This document shows positions 12,787 to 39,899 of a DNA stretch of 64,000 nt, piece after piece. This stretch comes from Phyllobates terribilis (taxonomy: Eukaryota). The stretch covers positions 1,736,001 to 1,800,000 of the forward strand of contig NW_027363028.1 of assembly GCF_046119375.1 (NCBI RefSeq), given 5' to 3'. A program made the position numbers and the translations under genes. Numbering within the stretch: the first letter of the stretch is position 1; every line of letters begins with the position of its first letter. The notes beneath the pieces were generated by a model. That model saw only the letters and a program-made list of their open reading frames with translations. It did no database searches and was not told where the DNA came from.

Positions 12787-13318
12787 AAGGTGGCTGCCGG
12801 ACAGGTCGTGGACGGGAGGTATGTGTCCCCGAAGTACCAAGCTTCGGTGATATAGGACTGGGAGAAGCCGGCTCCAGCACACATAGTACTGAGAGGAATT
12901 TAATTGGCCCGGATTACAGGGCCGGTTTTACGAGCAGCTGAAAGAGCTGGGGGGTGGGGAAACAGCTGCTCACTTACCTCGAGTCCAGGTCTTGGAAGGC
13001 TGATTTAAGACAACGGCGCCTGTCTCTATCAGTCTGTGTGTGTTGGGCAAGGTGAGCAGACCTTGCATGTGCTCCTTAGACTCTGCAGGAGGCAGAGGAA
13101 GGCACTTTGTTTAAACGGCTGAAGCCGTGCTGCATGGACTTGTTATTTTGAGCTTTGTTCTGTTATTCCTTTTTGTGCCAGGAAAAGGCTGTTACTTTTG
13201 TTTCCTCACTGTTGTATGGACACTAAATAAACCACCAGTTTGTTTGAACCCGCGGACTGCATCACTGTGTGAATCTGTGCCTACCTCCAACGTGGCTCAG
13301 TGAGTACAAATCCCTACA
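12784..13318 (+). mobile_element. 5' LTR of a Gmr1-like Ty3/Gypsy element
   Basis: TGTAAGG...CCCTACA termini, AATAAA near 13226, and a PBS-like TGGTGCTAGAAGC at 13321. A related LTR is at 33969-34039 plus 35701-36153. Confidence 0.8.
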
Positions 13319-13428
13319 ATTGGTGCTAGAAGCACGGCACAGATCCCAAGCAGCAGTGTGACTGCTGCAAGAAGACGTATATGTCCTGGGTGAAGTCCGC
13401 CATAAGCCAGCAAGTGTCGCCAGACAAA

Positions 13429-14670
13429 ATGGAGTACCTGCTTAAACATTTGTTGCAGGCGCAACAAGCGCAACACCAGCAGCAGTACCAGCAGAGCATG
13501 CTGCAGCAGGAAACAAATAAACTTCTGATGCAGCAGATCCAACAGCAGCAAAGACAAATGAAAATCTTGGCAGAGCAGATCCATGGCAGGACGACCGCCA
13601 CATCCTCAGATCCAGGTGATGACTCATACGTCAGGAAGACGGTAAGAAGAGCATTACAAAAGAAGACCCCGGGTGATGACGTTGAGGCGTTCTTGACTGT
13701 CTTTGAGAGGGTGGCAGAGCGGGAAAAATTGTCTCCGGAGCAGTAGGCGGAGGTGCTGGCGCCACATTTGACAGGTGAGCCGCAGAAGGCCTATGACTTG
13801 GCCTTGCAGGACGCGAAAGAGTACGCTAAGTTGAAAACTGAGATTTTGGCACGCTTAGCAGTGACTCTGACTGTCAGGGCGCAATGGGTGCACTACTGGG
13901 CCTATTGCAGTGACAAACCTCCCCGGTCCCAGATGTTCGACCTCCTACACCTGGTCCAAAAGTGGTTGCAACCTGAATCTTCTTCCCCAGCACAGATGGT
14001 GGAGAAGGTCATTATAGACAGTTTTATACACTCTCTTCCGAAGTTGGTGAAATCCTGGGTTGCTCAGGGAGATCCCCATAATGCCGATGACTTGGTGGGG
14101 TTGGTGGAAAGATACCAGGCGGTTGAGAGTCCGTTGGAAAAACAAGGGGTCGTAGTCTCTCAATACTGGGGTTCTCAAAAGGCAGCGGACAACCAAAAGA
14201 AGGTAGCTAGCGCCACACCTGGGGGGCGTCATAGAGTTCAGGAGGGGTCTGAGTTGCTGCCCAACGTCCCACCTCATAATATAGTGTGTTGGAGATGTCA
14301 TACCCCTGGCCATACTGCCGCCCGGTGTTCCGTAAACTCTGAGCCAATGGACTGCAACATGGGCCGACGTTGCTCTTATTTTGCCTACCCTGCCTGCGAC
14401 GCGTTTTCTCAACATGGCAAGGGCCCTCAGGCATGCTCAGTGTCAGTAAAGGGGGCACAAGTCTCTGGACTATTGGACTCAGGAAGTTTGGAGACCCTGA
14501 TAAGGGCCACACTCCCTCATGGACTGATTCCTGGGCTAATGGCCCCGGTGGATGTAAACACGGACTGTGGCACCACATCTCATGAAGTGGCGGTCGTTAA
14601 GGACCTATTGAATCCCATAATAATTGGACGTGACTTTGCATTATTCTGGGAAATGTGGGGGAAAGCGGGG
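13429..14670 (+). pseudogene. gag: Gmr1-like gag (SCAN-like capsid, CCHC knuckle) and protease; one in-frame stop; 3' truncated
   Basis: DDVEAFLTVFERVA...PEQ*AEVLAPHLTGEPQKAY, LVQKWLQPE...LVERY, CWRCHTPGHTAARC (14287-14328) and LLDSGS (14470-14487). TAG at 13744-13746. Joined directly to the minisatellite at 14671. Confidence 0.82.
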
Positions 14671-15524
14671 ACACGCGTGGCTCCGCTCCGTACACCTCAT
14701 ACGCACACGGTTCCGCTCCGCACGCCTCTTACACACGCAGTTTCGCTCCGTACACCTCGTACACACGCGGCTCCGCTCCGAATGCCTCGAACACTCGGCT
14801 CCTCTCCGTACGCCTCGTACACAGACGGCTCCGCTCAGTACACCTCGTAAACGCGCGGCTCCGCTCAGTACACCTCGTACACGCGCTGCTCCGCTCAGTA
14901 CACCTCGTACAGGCCCGGCTTCGCTCAGTACACCTCGTACACACACGGTTCCGCTCAGTACACCTCGTACACACACGGTTCCGCTCAGTACACCTCGTAC
15001 ACACACGGTTCCGCTCCGTACACCTCGTACACACACGGTTCCGCTCTGAACACCTCGTACACACACGGTTCTGCTCCGTATGCCTCGTACACACACGGTT
15101 CCGCTCCGTGCACCTCGTACACGCACGGTTCCGCTCCGTACTCCTCGTATACGCACGGTTCCGCTCCGTAAGCATCGTACACACGCGGTTCCGCTCCGTA
15201 CGCCTCGTACACACGCGGCTCCGCTCCGTACACCTCGTACACGCGCGGCTCCGCTCCGTACGCCTCGTACACGCGCGGCTCCGCTCCGTACGCCTCGTAC
15301 ACGCGCGGCTCCGCTCCGTACGCCTCGTACACGCGCGGCTCCGCTCCGTACGCCTCGTACACGCGCGGCTCCGCTCCGTACACCTCGTACACGCGCGGCT
15401 CCGCTCCGTACACCTCGTACACACGCGGCTCCGCTCCGTACACCTCGTACACACGTGGCTCTGCTCCGTACGCCTCGTACACACACGGCTCCGCTCCATA
15501 CACCTCGTACACACGCGGCTCTGC
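14671..15524. repeat. CpG-rich 30-bp minisatellite, about 28 units (arm 2, inverted relative to arm 1)
   Basis: TCCGTACACCTCGTACACACGCGGCTCCGC repeats. Confidence 0.95.
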
Positions 15525-15729
15525 TACATCCACACTGTAAACCCCTCCTGACCCCACACATAAACTTCAGCTCATCCAGCACCATGACAACCAGCACAGC
15601 AGAGTCCTGCATCCACTGAGGCCCCTGATCATGTGACCCCTGACTCCTCCCCTCCTGTGACCTCCTCACAGCTCCCTTGCGCACAGAGCAGCCATATATG
15701 TGGTGGCGGCTCTGCAGGTGGAGGTATGT
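15525..15729 (+). promoter_or_regulatory. Candidate promoter and non-coding exon 1 module of zinc-finger copy B
   Basis: TCATGTGAC at 15629-15637 and donor GAG|GTATGT at 15723/15724. The matching acceptor is TTCAG|GTCTC at 18387/18388. Confidence 0.62.
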
Positions 15730-16589
15730 GGAGATCCCCCATTACTGGAGCATTAATACTAGATATATATTGCACAGGGGATATCGCAGCCGATTCCCTC
15801 TAGAATAATCCTGGAATCGCAGCATTAGATGATTATTTCTCAGCGGTTTCTGTGGCACAGCTCCCAGCGTCCCGTACTCTATGGGACTGTCCCGTCCCGT
15901 ATTCTGTGGGACTGTCCCGTCCCGTCTCCGCTGTTCTCCGGCTCATACTCCCCTCTCGGACATCTTCGTAGCTCCTCCCTGTGAAGCGCATAAATTACAC
16001 TTATAATATTCACTTCACTTTATGGGAATCAGTAAATGGCGTGATTGATATTTTTTCTCTATTAAACTTATAAGAAATGTATTAACAGCGTAACGCTGTG
16101 GCCGTGTTCACATGTAGATTAAGTGCGGCGTTTTCTTTAATGCTTCTTTTCTGCACGTTTTCTGTAGATGTCTGCAGCACACGACGCAGTAACAATCTTC
16201 TCTGACTATTGGTATTTGCTGCGTTTCTTTTATGCGTTTTCCTGCTTATTTGATGCAATTTTGGTGCAGATGTGAAGATGCGTTTTTAATGCTTTTTTAT
16301 TAGTACAGAAAAGCTTTGATTCTGCACTTAAAAATGCTACAGTGTTTTTTTCTTCATGCTTTTTTTTTCAGAAGAAGCCTATAGAGAAAAAATACACCAA
16401 AACCGCAGATTTCTGCAGCGTCTTCAGACCACAGAGGGCTGATATTTCATGGAATCACATTCCGGAGCGTGTGTCTGTGTGATCCACGTGTAGACATATC
16501 CGTTTTTGGCCGTCAGCACGGATCACACAGCTCCATTCAAGTCAAAGGATCCATATAAACACATACCGCACCCGGATGCCATCCATGTG

Positions 16590-17060
16590 ACACATACCGG
16601 CAGTTGGGAATTAGTGTACAGTTAGCGCTGTTCCCAAGCGCCAGGGGGTGCTGGACGTTGCCCTCATCATTGGTCCCTGCTGGCGCTGCGATCAACACCA
16701 GCAGGGACAATGATGAGAGTAGTAGTCTGCTCCCGGTTTCTACACCTGTAAAAATAGAAAAAAAAAAATCCATATTCTCACCTAAGTGTCACCTGCTGTA
16801 ATCCATGCGACCGATCACACCGAGGAACTGAAGAGAATGACTCCTGCAGCGAGCGGGCCCCAGAGCTGCGCTGAGCTCATGAGCGGTTTCCTGTCACTTG
16901 CTGAGGGCAGCTCTGGGGCCCGCTTGCTGCACGAGTGATCTGTCCCATGGATTACAGCTACTACTCTCATCATTGTCCCTGCTGGTGATGATCACAGCGC
17001 CAGCAGGAAACAATGATGAGGAACAGCGCTAACTGTACACTGATTCCTAAGCGCCGATAT
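16590..17060. mobile_element. Palindromic MITE-like insertion
   Basis: Left AGTGTACAGTTAGCGCTGTTCC...ACAATGATGAGAGTAGTAG is mirrored by CTACTACTCTCATCATTGT...GAACAGCGCTAACTGTACACT, with an inner GGGCCCCAGAGCTGC hairpin. Confidence 0.65.
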
Positions 17061-18455
17061 GTGTGCTCCTGATGCGGCACACGGGCAGCACATGGTTGCC
17101 ACACGTGTGCCACACACGGCTGCGGATATCTCCGGTACTGGTTTTTCCTGTACCGGAAATATCCGGACGTGTGAAACCGGCCTAACTGTCCAAGCAAAGT
17201 GGATGTGATTTCATGAGAATTGTGCCCCCTTGTGATAAATAAGGAGGAAAAGGCCTAAAAAATCCGGCAATAATTAGAGAAGATTGTTATTCTGTAGTTT
17301 GGTGCGAATCTTGCAGAAAGCCAAAAACACAGTATTTCTGCACTGTATGAACACGGCCTTACAGAAAAGCCGGATGTCGTATAGTGAAGCTACAAAGAAA
17401 TGAGAAAGTTCTGCCGGCTCCGACTGTGAATGAAGGAGCAAAAAAATAATCTACAGGTCCCAACAAGAGATGAGCAGGACGCACAGATGACGGCGCGCTG
17501 CCCTGGGTGATCAAAAGTCGCGCTGGGGACTAATTGGTGGGAAAACTATCACCTTTAATAATCCTCCAACAGTTCTGGCATGAAAAACACGGAAAAGTGC
17601 CCCTTTATGGATTTGAAGAAAGTCTGTTTAGAAACTTTAGCTTAATAGTATCAGCTCTAATCAAATGGTTAGATAGTGATTTACCCTGAAGATAGACAAA
17701 TTGTGAGGTGATTTTTTGTGCAGGAATCATGTATTGCTCCCATAGTACAGTGCCCCTTTCTTGGTTCCCACACACAGTATAATGTTCCCCCAGTACCTCC
17801 ATCCCCAATTTTATTTTTTTGGGGTGTTTTTCATGCAATGTAGGGAAACCTGCATGAAAATGTTAAAAAATATCCCATCATATCCAGAGAAAGAAAAATA
17901 CATATGGAGAATTTGGCATTAAATATCTCTTGTCTCCATGCTTTTTCAAACAAACTTTTATAAAAGCCTCAAACTTCTGAGTGTGAATCAAACATGAGAT
18001 CTAACGTGATAGAAAATTACAGTCCAGTGAAGACGGGAAACATATAGACGACCGGTGGAGATGTAGTCAGTGACCGACTCTGGCTAAATATGTCTCTAGA
18101 GACATAGTAGAAGATGAAGATGTCATCCTCATCATGAAGTAATTATTTTTCATTTAGCTTTATGGAAGATGAGTCTATGAGAAACGTATTCAGATGCAAA
18201 CTCCAAGGAAGAAACTGCTTGTTGTCTGTGGCCTAAAATATATAGGTTTTATTACTAGATGTAAAGAAGAAAACTAAATATTGTAAAATAATAAATCTCC
18301 TCATATGTTTCCCTTATTATCTCCAGTAATTGTATTATTACACAGGATTTTTATGATGTTACATCGGCTCATCATCTTCTCATTCAGGTCTCTACAATAT
18401 CAGATCCTCTCAGTGAAGATCTATATAAGAGAATTTCCTGATTTACTCATCAAGG

Positions 18456-32072
<13,617 letters not shown>

Positions 32073-32672
32073 AAGCCTTTTTTATTTTCTTAAATTATAT
32101 TCTTATTGTTCAGAATACATTTCCTCTTCTCAGACGGGACGTAAGCCCCTTAAGAAAAGTCTTTAAACGAGTATTTGAACCATAAAATCAAATTTTATTG
32201 GAAAAAAATCATTATTTAAAACATGATAAAACTAATCACAGTGCTTCACAAATATGGACGGGCTAATAAATATGCAATCTAAACAGTATATGTGTAAACT
32301 TTTTATATCCCAATGTCACCAAAAATCATGAATCACTAGTTTACAATATGTTATTCACAAATGTGACTATATTGCTATCTCATGACATGTAAAAGTAAAA
32401 ATGAATCTAATAATAGCATTGAAAAATACCTATGTCTGTGAAGCAATTGTCACTATTAATTTGTATGGTGCTGTGTAATGACCATGCTGCCACCTTATGG
32501 AGAACTTAAAACTACAACCAATATTGTTAATAGTGTAGAAAGGTGCCCATAGGGAACAGAAACAGCTGTCAAAAAGTATGAAGCGCAATCACTATGTCAC
32601 GTGGACAAAGGGATAAAAGCTAATGAATGGCATTACCTGAATCAATGTTATGTGCTGAAGCCCGTCCGTCCG

Positions 32673-33230
32673 TTATTGTTCAGAATGTAGGAAATATTTC
32701 ATACAGAAATCAAATTTTGTTAAGCACCAGACTGAGCAGTCACACAGGTGAGAAGCTTTTTTCCTGTTCTTAATGTGGGAAATGTTTTACTTGGAAATCA
32801 ATTCTTAATAAACTTCAAAGAAATCACACAGAGGAGAAGCCTTTTTCATGTTCAGAATGTTGAAAACGTTTTAACCGAAAATTGGATCTTCTTAAAGGGG
32901 TTGTTCACTACTAGGACAACCCTTTTTTCATGTTTGGCCTTGATAAAATAAAAAAACTCATACTCGGGTCCCGTGTTGGTGCTGTTCCAGCAGTGTTGTG
33001 ACTCACATTATTTTACACGGAAATCAACTCTTAATACACATCAGAAAAGTCACACAGGGGTGAAACTTTTTCATGTTCAGAGTGTGGGAAATATTTTACA
33101 TGGGAATCATCTCTTAAGAAACATCAGAAAAGTCACACAGAGGAGAAGCTTTTTTCATGTTCAAAATGTGGGAAATGTTTTAACTAGAAAGTGCATCTTG
33201 ATAGCCACGGGAGAACCCACACAGAGGAGA
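32673..33230 (+). pseudogene. About six degenerate zinc-finger remnants downstream of the copy B stop
   Basis: TGTTCAGAATGT...CACACAG units with stops and frameshifts, interrupted by a TTAAAGGGGTTG (T2/Kolobok-type) MITE fragment near 32892. Confidence 0.8.
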
Positions 33231-33429
33231 ATGCCGCGACTGCACCCTACTGGTCTCTGTACAGATTAGAAAGGCCATAGCTGCACAACTAAAAACACAA
33301 CCTAGGACCTAACCCTTAAATAGGCATTTGAGGAGTTTCTCATACCAGAGAGGAGGCCGCAACACACTGTCAATAAAGGGAAAGAAAAGTGTGAAGTAAG
33401 ATATGAAAAACCCTGAGTGAGAAACCCAT

Positions 33430-33690
33430 TCATATAGGGCAAAGAAGACAAGCTAATGAGAACCAAAAATAAAAGGAATAAGTATAACTTTCCAGAAACC
33501 TAACCTTGGTAGAAAGAAAAGGTACTGGGAGGGAAAGCAAACAGAGAAGGAGGATTGTTTCACCTTTGTGGTGAAACTTACAAAATTCATCCTCACTCAC
33601 AATTATTTCAATTTCATAACAACATTTATCTACAGGAGACTGGTACAGCAATGGGAAGTAAAATGGCTCCACAGTGCGCAAATCTTTTTC
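33430..33690 (+). mobile_element. Penelope-like RT fragment
   Basis: KFILTHNYF...ETGTAMGSKMAPQCANLF. Confidence 0.75.
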
Positions 33691-33849
33691 TGGCTTTCTG
33701 TTGTTTATCCCTCTGTGGATTCAGTGCTGCCTGCAGCCCTCCATTATACATACCACATGTGTTATGCATTTCACAACCCAGAAAGGTGAGAAATTTCTGT
33801 TTTCTCACAACTTAATCTGGTAACAGCGCAATTTGCGCTCCCTTTTTAT

Positions 33850-36153
33850 TTATTTTTAGTTTCCAGGTGGAGCATAGGCCTGGGAAAAAACATGGGAATG
33901 ATGATACCTTATCAAGGGTCTTTGTATGGTGGCAGAAGGTGCCAAAGGTGGGCAGATGGGGGAGGGATTGTAAGGTTGCAGCTGGACATGTCGTGGACGG
34001 GAGGTAAGTGTCCTCAAGGTGCCAAGCCTTGGTGATGTACGGAAGACCAATTTTCCTCTTTACTCTCCAAATCACACCTCACCACCTGTGAACTTGACCC
34101 AATCCCGTCCCATCTCATCCCCAACCTTACCACAGTCTTCATCCCAACCCTTACCCACCTTTTCAACCTGTCAATAACAACTGGTATTTTCCCCTCATAC
34201 TTCAAACATGCCTCGATCACACCCATCCTCAAAAAGCCCTCCCTTGACCCATCCTCTCTGACTAGCTATTGCCCCATATCACTTCTCCCTTACGTCTCAA
34301 AACTACTGGAACAACACATCCATTCTGAACTGTCTTCCCACCTCTTCTCCTGCTCTCTCTTTGACCGCCTCCAATCTGGCTTTCGACCGCACCATTCTAC
34401 TGAGACTGCCCTGACTAAAGTCACCAACAACCAACTAACCACCAAATCCAAGCGACACTACTCTGTCTTCCTCCTCCTAGACCTGTCATCTGCCTTCGAC
34501 ACAGTGAACCATACCCTCTTACTACAAATTCTCTCATCTCTTGGCATCAAAGACTTGGCCGTATCTTGGATCTCCTCATACTTAACAGACAGGACATTCA
34601 GTGTCTCCCACTAACACACCACCTCCTCATCTCACCCCCTATCTGTCGATGTCCCCCAAGGTTCAGTCCTAAGACCCCTGCTCTTCTCCATCTACACCAT
34701 TGGCTAGGACAACTCATAGAGTCTCATGGCTTTCAGTACCACCTCTATGCTGACGGCACACAGATCTACCTCTCTGGACCCGATATCTCCTCCCTACTAA
34801 CCAAAATCCCACAATGTCTGTCCGCCATCTCATCCTTCTTCTCTGACAGATTTCTAAAACTTAACATGGATAAAACAGAATTCATGGTCTTTCCGCCATC
34901 TCATTCATCACCCCGCCTGACCTATCTATCAACGTCAATGGCTGCCCACTCTACCCAGTCCCTCAAGCTCACTGCCCGATTAATCCACCTGTCCCCACAC
35001 TATTCCCCGGCCTCTCCCCTCTGTCAATCCCTTCACTGGCTCCCCGTTGCCCAGAGAATCCAGTTCAAAACCTTAACCCTGGCCTACAAAGCCATCCACA
35101 ACCTGTCTCCTTATATCTCTGACCTAGTCTCCTGGTACATACCCGCACGCAACCTCCGATCCTCACAAGATCTCCTTCTCTACTCCCCTCTTATCTCCTC
35201 TTCCCACAATCGCGTACAAGATTTCTCCCGTGCATCCCCCCTACTCTGGAATTCTCTACCCCAACATATCAGACTCTCACCTACCATGGAAACCTTCAAA
35301 AGGAACCTGAAGACTCACCTCTTCCGACAAGCCTACAATCTGCAGTAACCATTGCTCCACCATACTGGTGCACGACTAGCTCTACCCTCACTTACTGTAT
35401 GCTGAACTATCCCTTGTAGATATCCCCTGGATTTATAATTTTAACAGCATGATTTTAAAGGAATTCTAATAAACATGAAGTTTTAACACACATTCAGATT
35501 CCTATTTGGATGTTTGTTGTTGGATCCTTGCTTTTTGTTGATATCCCTTGTAGATTGTGAGCCCTCGCGGGCAGGGTCCTCGTTCCTCCTGTACCAGTTG
35601 TTGTCACGTTTTGTTAAAGATCTTTGTAATAGTTCATGTATGTATACCCCTTTTTCACATGTAAAGCGCCATGGAATAAATAGAGCTATAATAATAATAA
35701 TGTAGGACTCGGAAAAGTAGGCTGCAGCACACATAGTGCTGAGAGGTATTTAATGGGCTCGGATTATAGGGCCGTGTTTTACGGGCATCTAAAAGAGCTG
35801 GGGTGATCAGCTGCTCACTTACCTCCAGTCCAGGTCTTGGAAGGCCTGATTTAAGACAGCTGAGCTTGTCTCAGTCTGTGTGTGTGTGTTGTGCAAAGTG
35901 AGCAGACCTTGCATGTGCTGCTCAGACCTCGCTGAAGGCAGAGAAAGGCATCTGCATTTAAACGACTGAGGCCGCGCTGTATGGACTAGATATTTTGTGT
36001 TTTGTTCTGTTATACCTTTTTGGAACCTGAAATAGGCTGTTATGTTTTGTTTCCCGCCTGGTTTATGGACATTTAATAAACCACCAGTTTGTTTGAACCT
36101 GCGCACTGCATCCCTGTATGAACCAGCGCCTACCACAGAGCAGACTCCTCACA
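33850..36153 (+). mobile_element. 3' end of a Gmr1-like element (RNase H tail, PPT, 3' LTR), with the LTR split by an L2 insertion
   Basis: FSFQVEHRPGKKHGNDDTLSR, then purine tract GATGGGGGAGGGAT, then TGTAAGG at 33969. The LTR resumes at 35701 and ends CCTCACA at 36153. Homologous to 12784-13318. Confidence 0.75.
34040..35699 (+). mobile_element. 5'-truncated L2/CR1-clade LINE
   Basis: [35 protein letters not shown], and an (ATA)n tail. Flanked by ATGTA at 34035-34039 and 35700-35704. Confidence 0.87.
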
Positions 36154-36989
36154 ACACTTTAATATATTTCATCCCACCATCAACTCATCATGCAACTATT
36201 CACTCCTGTACTGAATTTAACTTTTTAGACACCTTCAAGCTATTGAACAATGAAATAGAGATGTCCCTGTCCCTCTACTTGGGTCAGTCTCCATCCAAAA
36301 CACATAATAAAACTCTATTGTCTACAACCAACCCATTAGATATGTGATGGTGTGATATGATATGTGGGTATCTTTTTGTGTATAGTTATATTTTACTGAT
36401 TTTCATAGTGTTCTCTTGTTGCTCTGTGTCCCTCTAATGTTGACTTCTCTTGTAGGATGAGTTGATATTTGTTAATTGATGAATAGCTGGTATTTATCAT
36501 CTGATATCAGCTCCCACAGTTTATTATACTGTTATCTTTGCCCAGGGTCAGTGAATAATGCTGTTTGCTAATATGCTAATGACATATTGAACCAGGCTAG
36601 CTTGTTGATTTTGCAATGTAATGGAAATACCAGCAATGGGACCTCCCTCCCTGACCTGTGAATGAGGAGAAGGGACTTTTAAATATCACAGCCAGGAGAG
36701 ACACTGGTGGGATTCTGTATGGGACGAGGATGTGAGGACAGCATGCCAGAGAGAATGGGAGAAGCCTGGATGACTTTGGAAATATTTCTTGAAGGAATAT
36801 ATATGGAGAAACATATGGACTATTTTATCCTCTGTCTGCTGGATTGTTGGACTCTCATCTCCCAGGGCGTTAGTACCATTACCGGACTGCATTCATGTTT
36901 CTGGACTATTTTTATCCTCTGTGTGGTGGATTGTATATGGATCTTTCAGTATTGCCTATAATAAAGGTCTTGGAATTGTTCAATCTTCT

Positions 36990-38180
36990 CTTGCTCTGTT
37001 GATTGTGTGATGTTGGAGAAGGACCCCGTGACAAGATACAATCAGATATGTTCCAACCCTATGGACAGAGACAACACCTTGGTGGCCTCAGAAGGACTTT
37101 TTTGAACGAGGGATACCATACAAGAAGAATTGAAAACCAGATTGCAAGAGCCACCAGAATATCAAGGAATCATCTCCTACATTACAAAACTAAACAAGAA
37201 AGCAATCTGGTGCCTCTAATAGTCCCCTAAAATCCAATTCTGGGGGTGCTAAGTAGAGCTACATGGAAATTACAACCATTATTACAAAAAGATGCCCGCT
37301 TACAATCTATATTTCCAGATCCCCCACTTCTGTGTTTTAGGCAGCCCCCAAAACTAAAAAGCATCATTTCAGAAGCTCCATGTCCTCACCAACAGCTACA
37401 GGAACTTTTCCCTGCAACCAGAAACAAATGTAAAATCTGTGTATTTATAATGAACACAGACAAGATAAAGATTCCCAACTCAAATCAGGAGACAACCACA
37501 AGATCCCAAGTACTTTCAGCTGCATCACATCTAATGTAGCGTGCTTAATTATATGTACCAAATGTCCAGATAGGGGTCTGTATGTAGGGGAGACAGGGCA
37601 AAAACTTAGAACAAGGATGAATTCTTATCGCCACACAATAAAAGAAAAAAGATTAGATCTACCTGTGGCCAGACATTTTTTTATCCCTGATCACAGCATC
37701 ATGGACATGAAATTACTTGTTTTAAAAGGTAACTTCAAATCTCAGACGGAAAAATGTGGAATTACAAACTTATGACAATCTTTGACACACTCACAGAGCA
37801 GGAATGAATGTGTCGCATGGATATATGTCTTTCTACATCAACTAAGGAATGTGCTCCTCAGACTGTTTGGGGGCATCACAATCATGGACCAGACCTCAAT
37901 CACAGGGCAATAAAACTTTTATACTCCTTCTCAATGAACTGTTCCAATATTCACAGCCACAACTGCTTCTCCCTCTCCCATACTGATAGTTCTGTTTCAC
38001 GTCACTTGTCTTATCTATTGCATTATTCCTGTGCCCTGTTGTGTATAAATATGTGACTCTTCAGATTTTGTGTTATACTATGTCTACTGAAGAGATCTGA
38101 GTAGTCTCGAAAGCTTGTAATTTGTTACCATCTTTTCAGTTAAACAAAGGTATCAACCACTGAAGACTCTCAAATTTTAA
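36990..38180 (+). mobile_element. Penelope-like element 3' part with GIY-YIG endonuclease
   Basis: From about 37513: FSCITSNVACLIICTKCPDRGLYVGETGQKLRTRMNSYRHTIK, preceded by PPLLCFRQPPKLK. Confidence 0.82.
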
Positions 38181-38209
38181 TATTTTTTTCCAAACAGCAA
38201 TTTTAAGAT

Positions 38210-39240
<1,031 letters not shown>

Positions 39241-39899
39241 TTTTGTCCGGCGCATTTTTGGTGGTTTTATGTGAAATTATGTTCAATTTGCCTTTTTTTC
39301 TCTTTTTTATTGTGTTGTTCCAATACACACAAAGGAAATATACGGGTATAACAAAACATGTGTAATTGTAATAATTTTCTGGAACAATTTCAAGGGAGCC
39401 AACACTATGGCCATGACTTGTTTTTGTTGCCTTTTAAATGTGTTGCAGCATATCATCCTTTTCATGTTCAGCTATATTAGGAGGCTTGTAGCAATCGCAA
39501 ATTAGCAGCTTTCCATTATTGCCATTTCCATGTAGATTTACCCATACTGGCTCTACATTGTCGTCATTGAGCACAGGTTATAAATTGGATTTAACGAAAA
39601 TACCCATCCCTCTATCTTTTGTTTCTTTCCTAACTTTTTAAGTGTAGTGTAACCCTCTGTTTGTCACCCAGTCATGGCTTTCTAGCCAGGTTTCCCTAAT
39701 GCCCACCACATTGTAATCTGTGACTGACACAAGAGCCTCTAATTCATTCATTTTGTTTGCAAGACCTCTTGCATTTGCCAGCAGACATTTATTACTCCTA
39801 CTCGCCTACTTAATTTACTTGAATGTCCTAGCCCCCAAAAATCCTCATTGACCCCTACTGTCTCTCTGTCTACTGTATCCCCTTATTTGCACAAGCACC

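Noticed and set aside
10819-15524. CRISPR-like array
   Set aside because: Units are contiguous with no unique spacers, there are no cas genes, and the context is eukaryotic.
14624-15684. Long overlapping ORFs on both strands
   Set aside because: This is the same minisatellite in reverse orientation. The tail of ORF 13753-14850 after 14670 is also repeat read-through.
10597-15748. Single foldback (FB/Galileo-like) transposon with long TIRs
   Set aside because: No TSD or matched termini were found, and the outer module recurs alone upstream of copy C. Head-to-head gene duplication explains it better.
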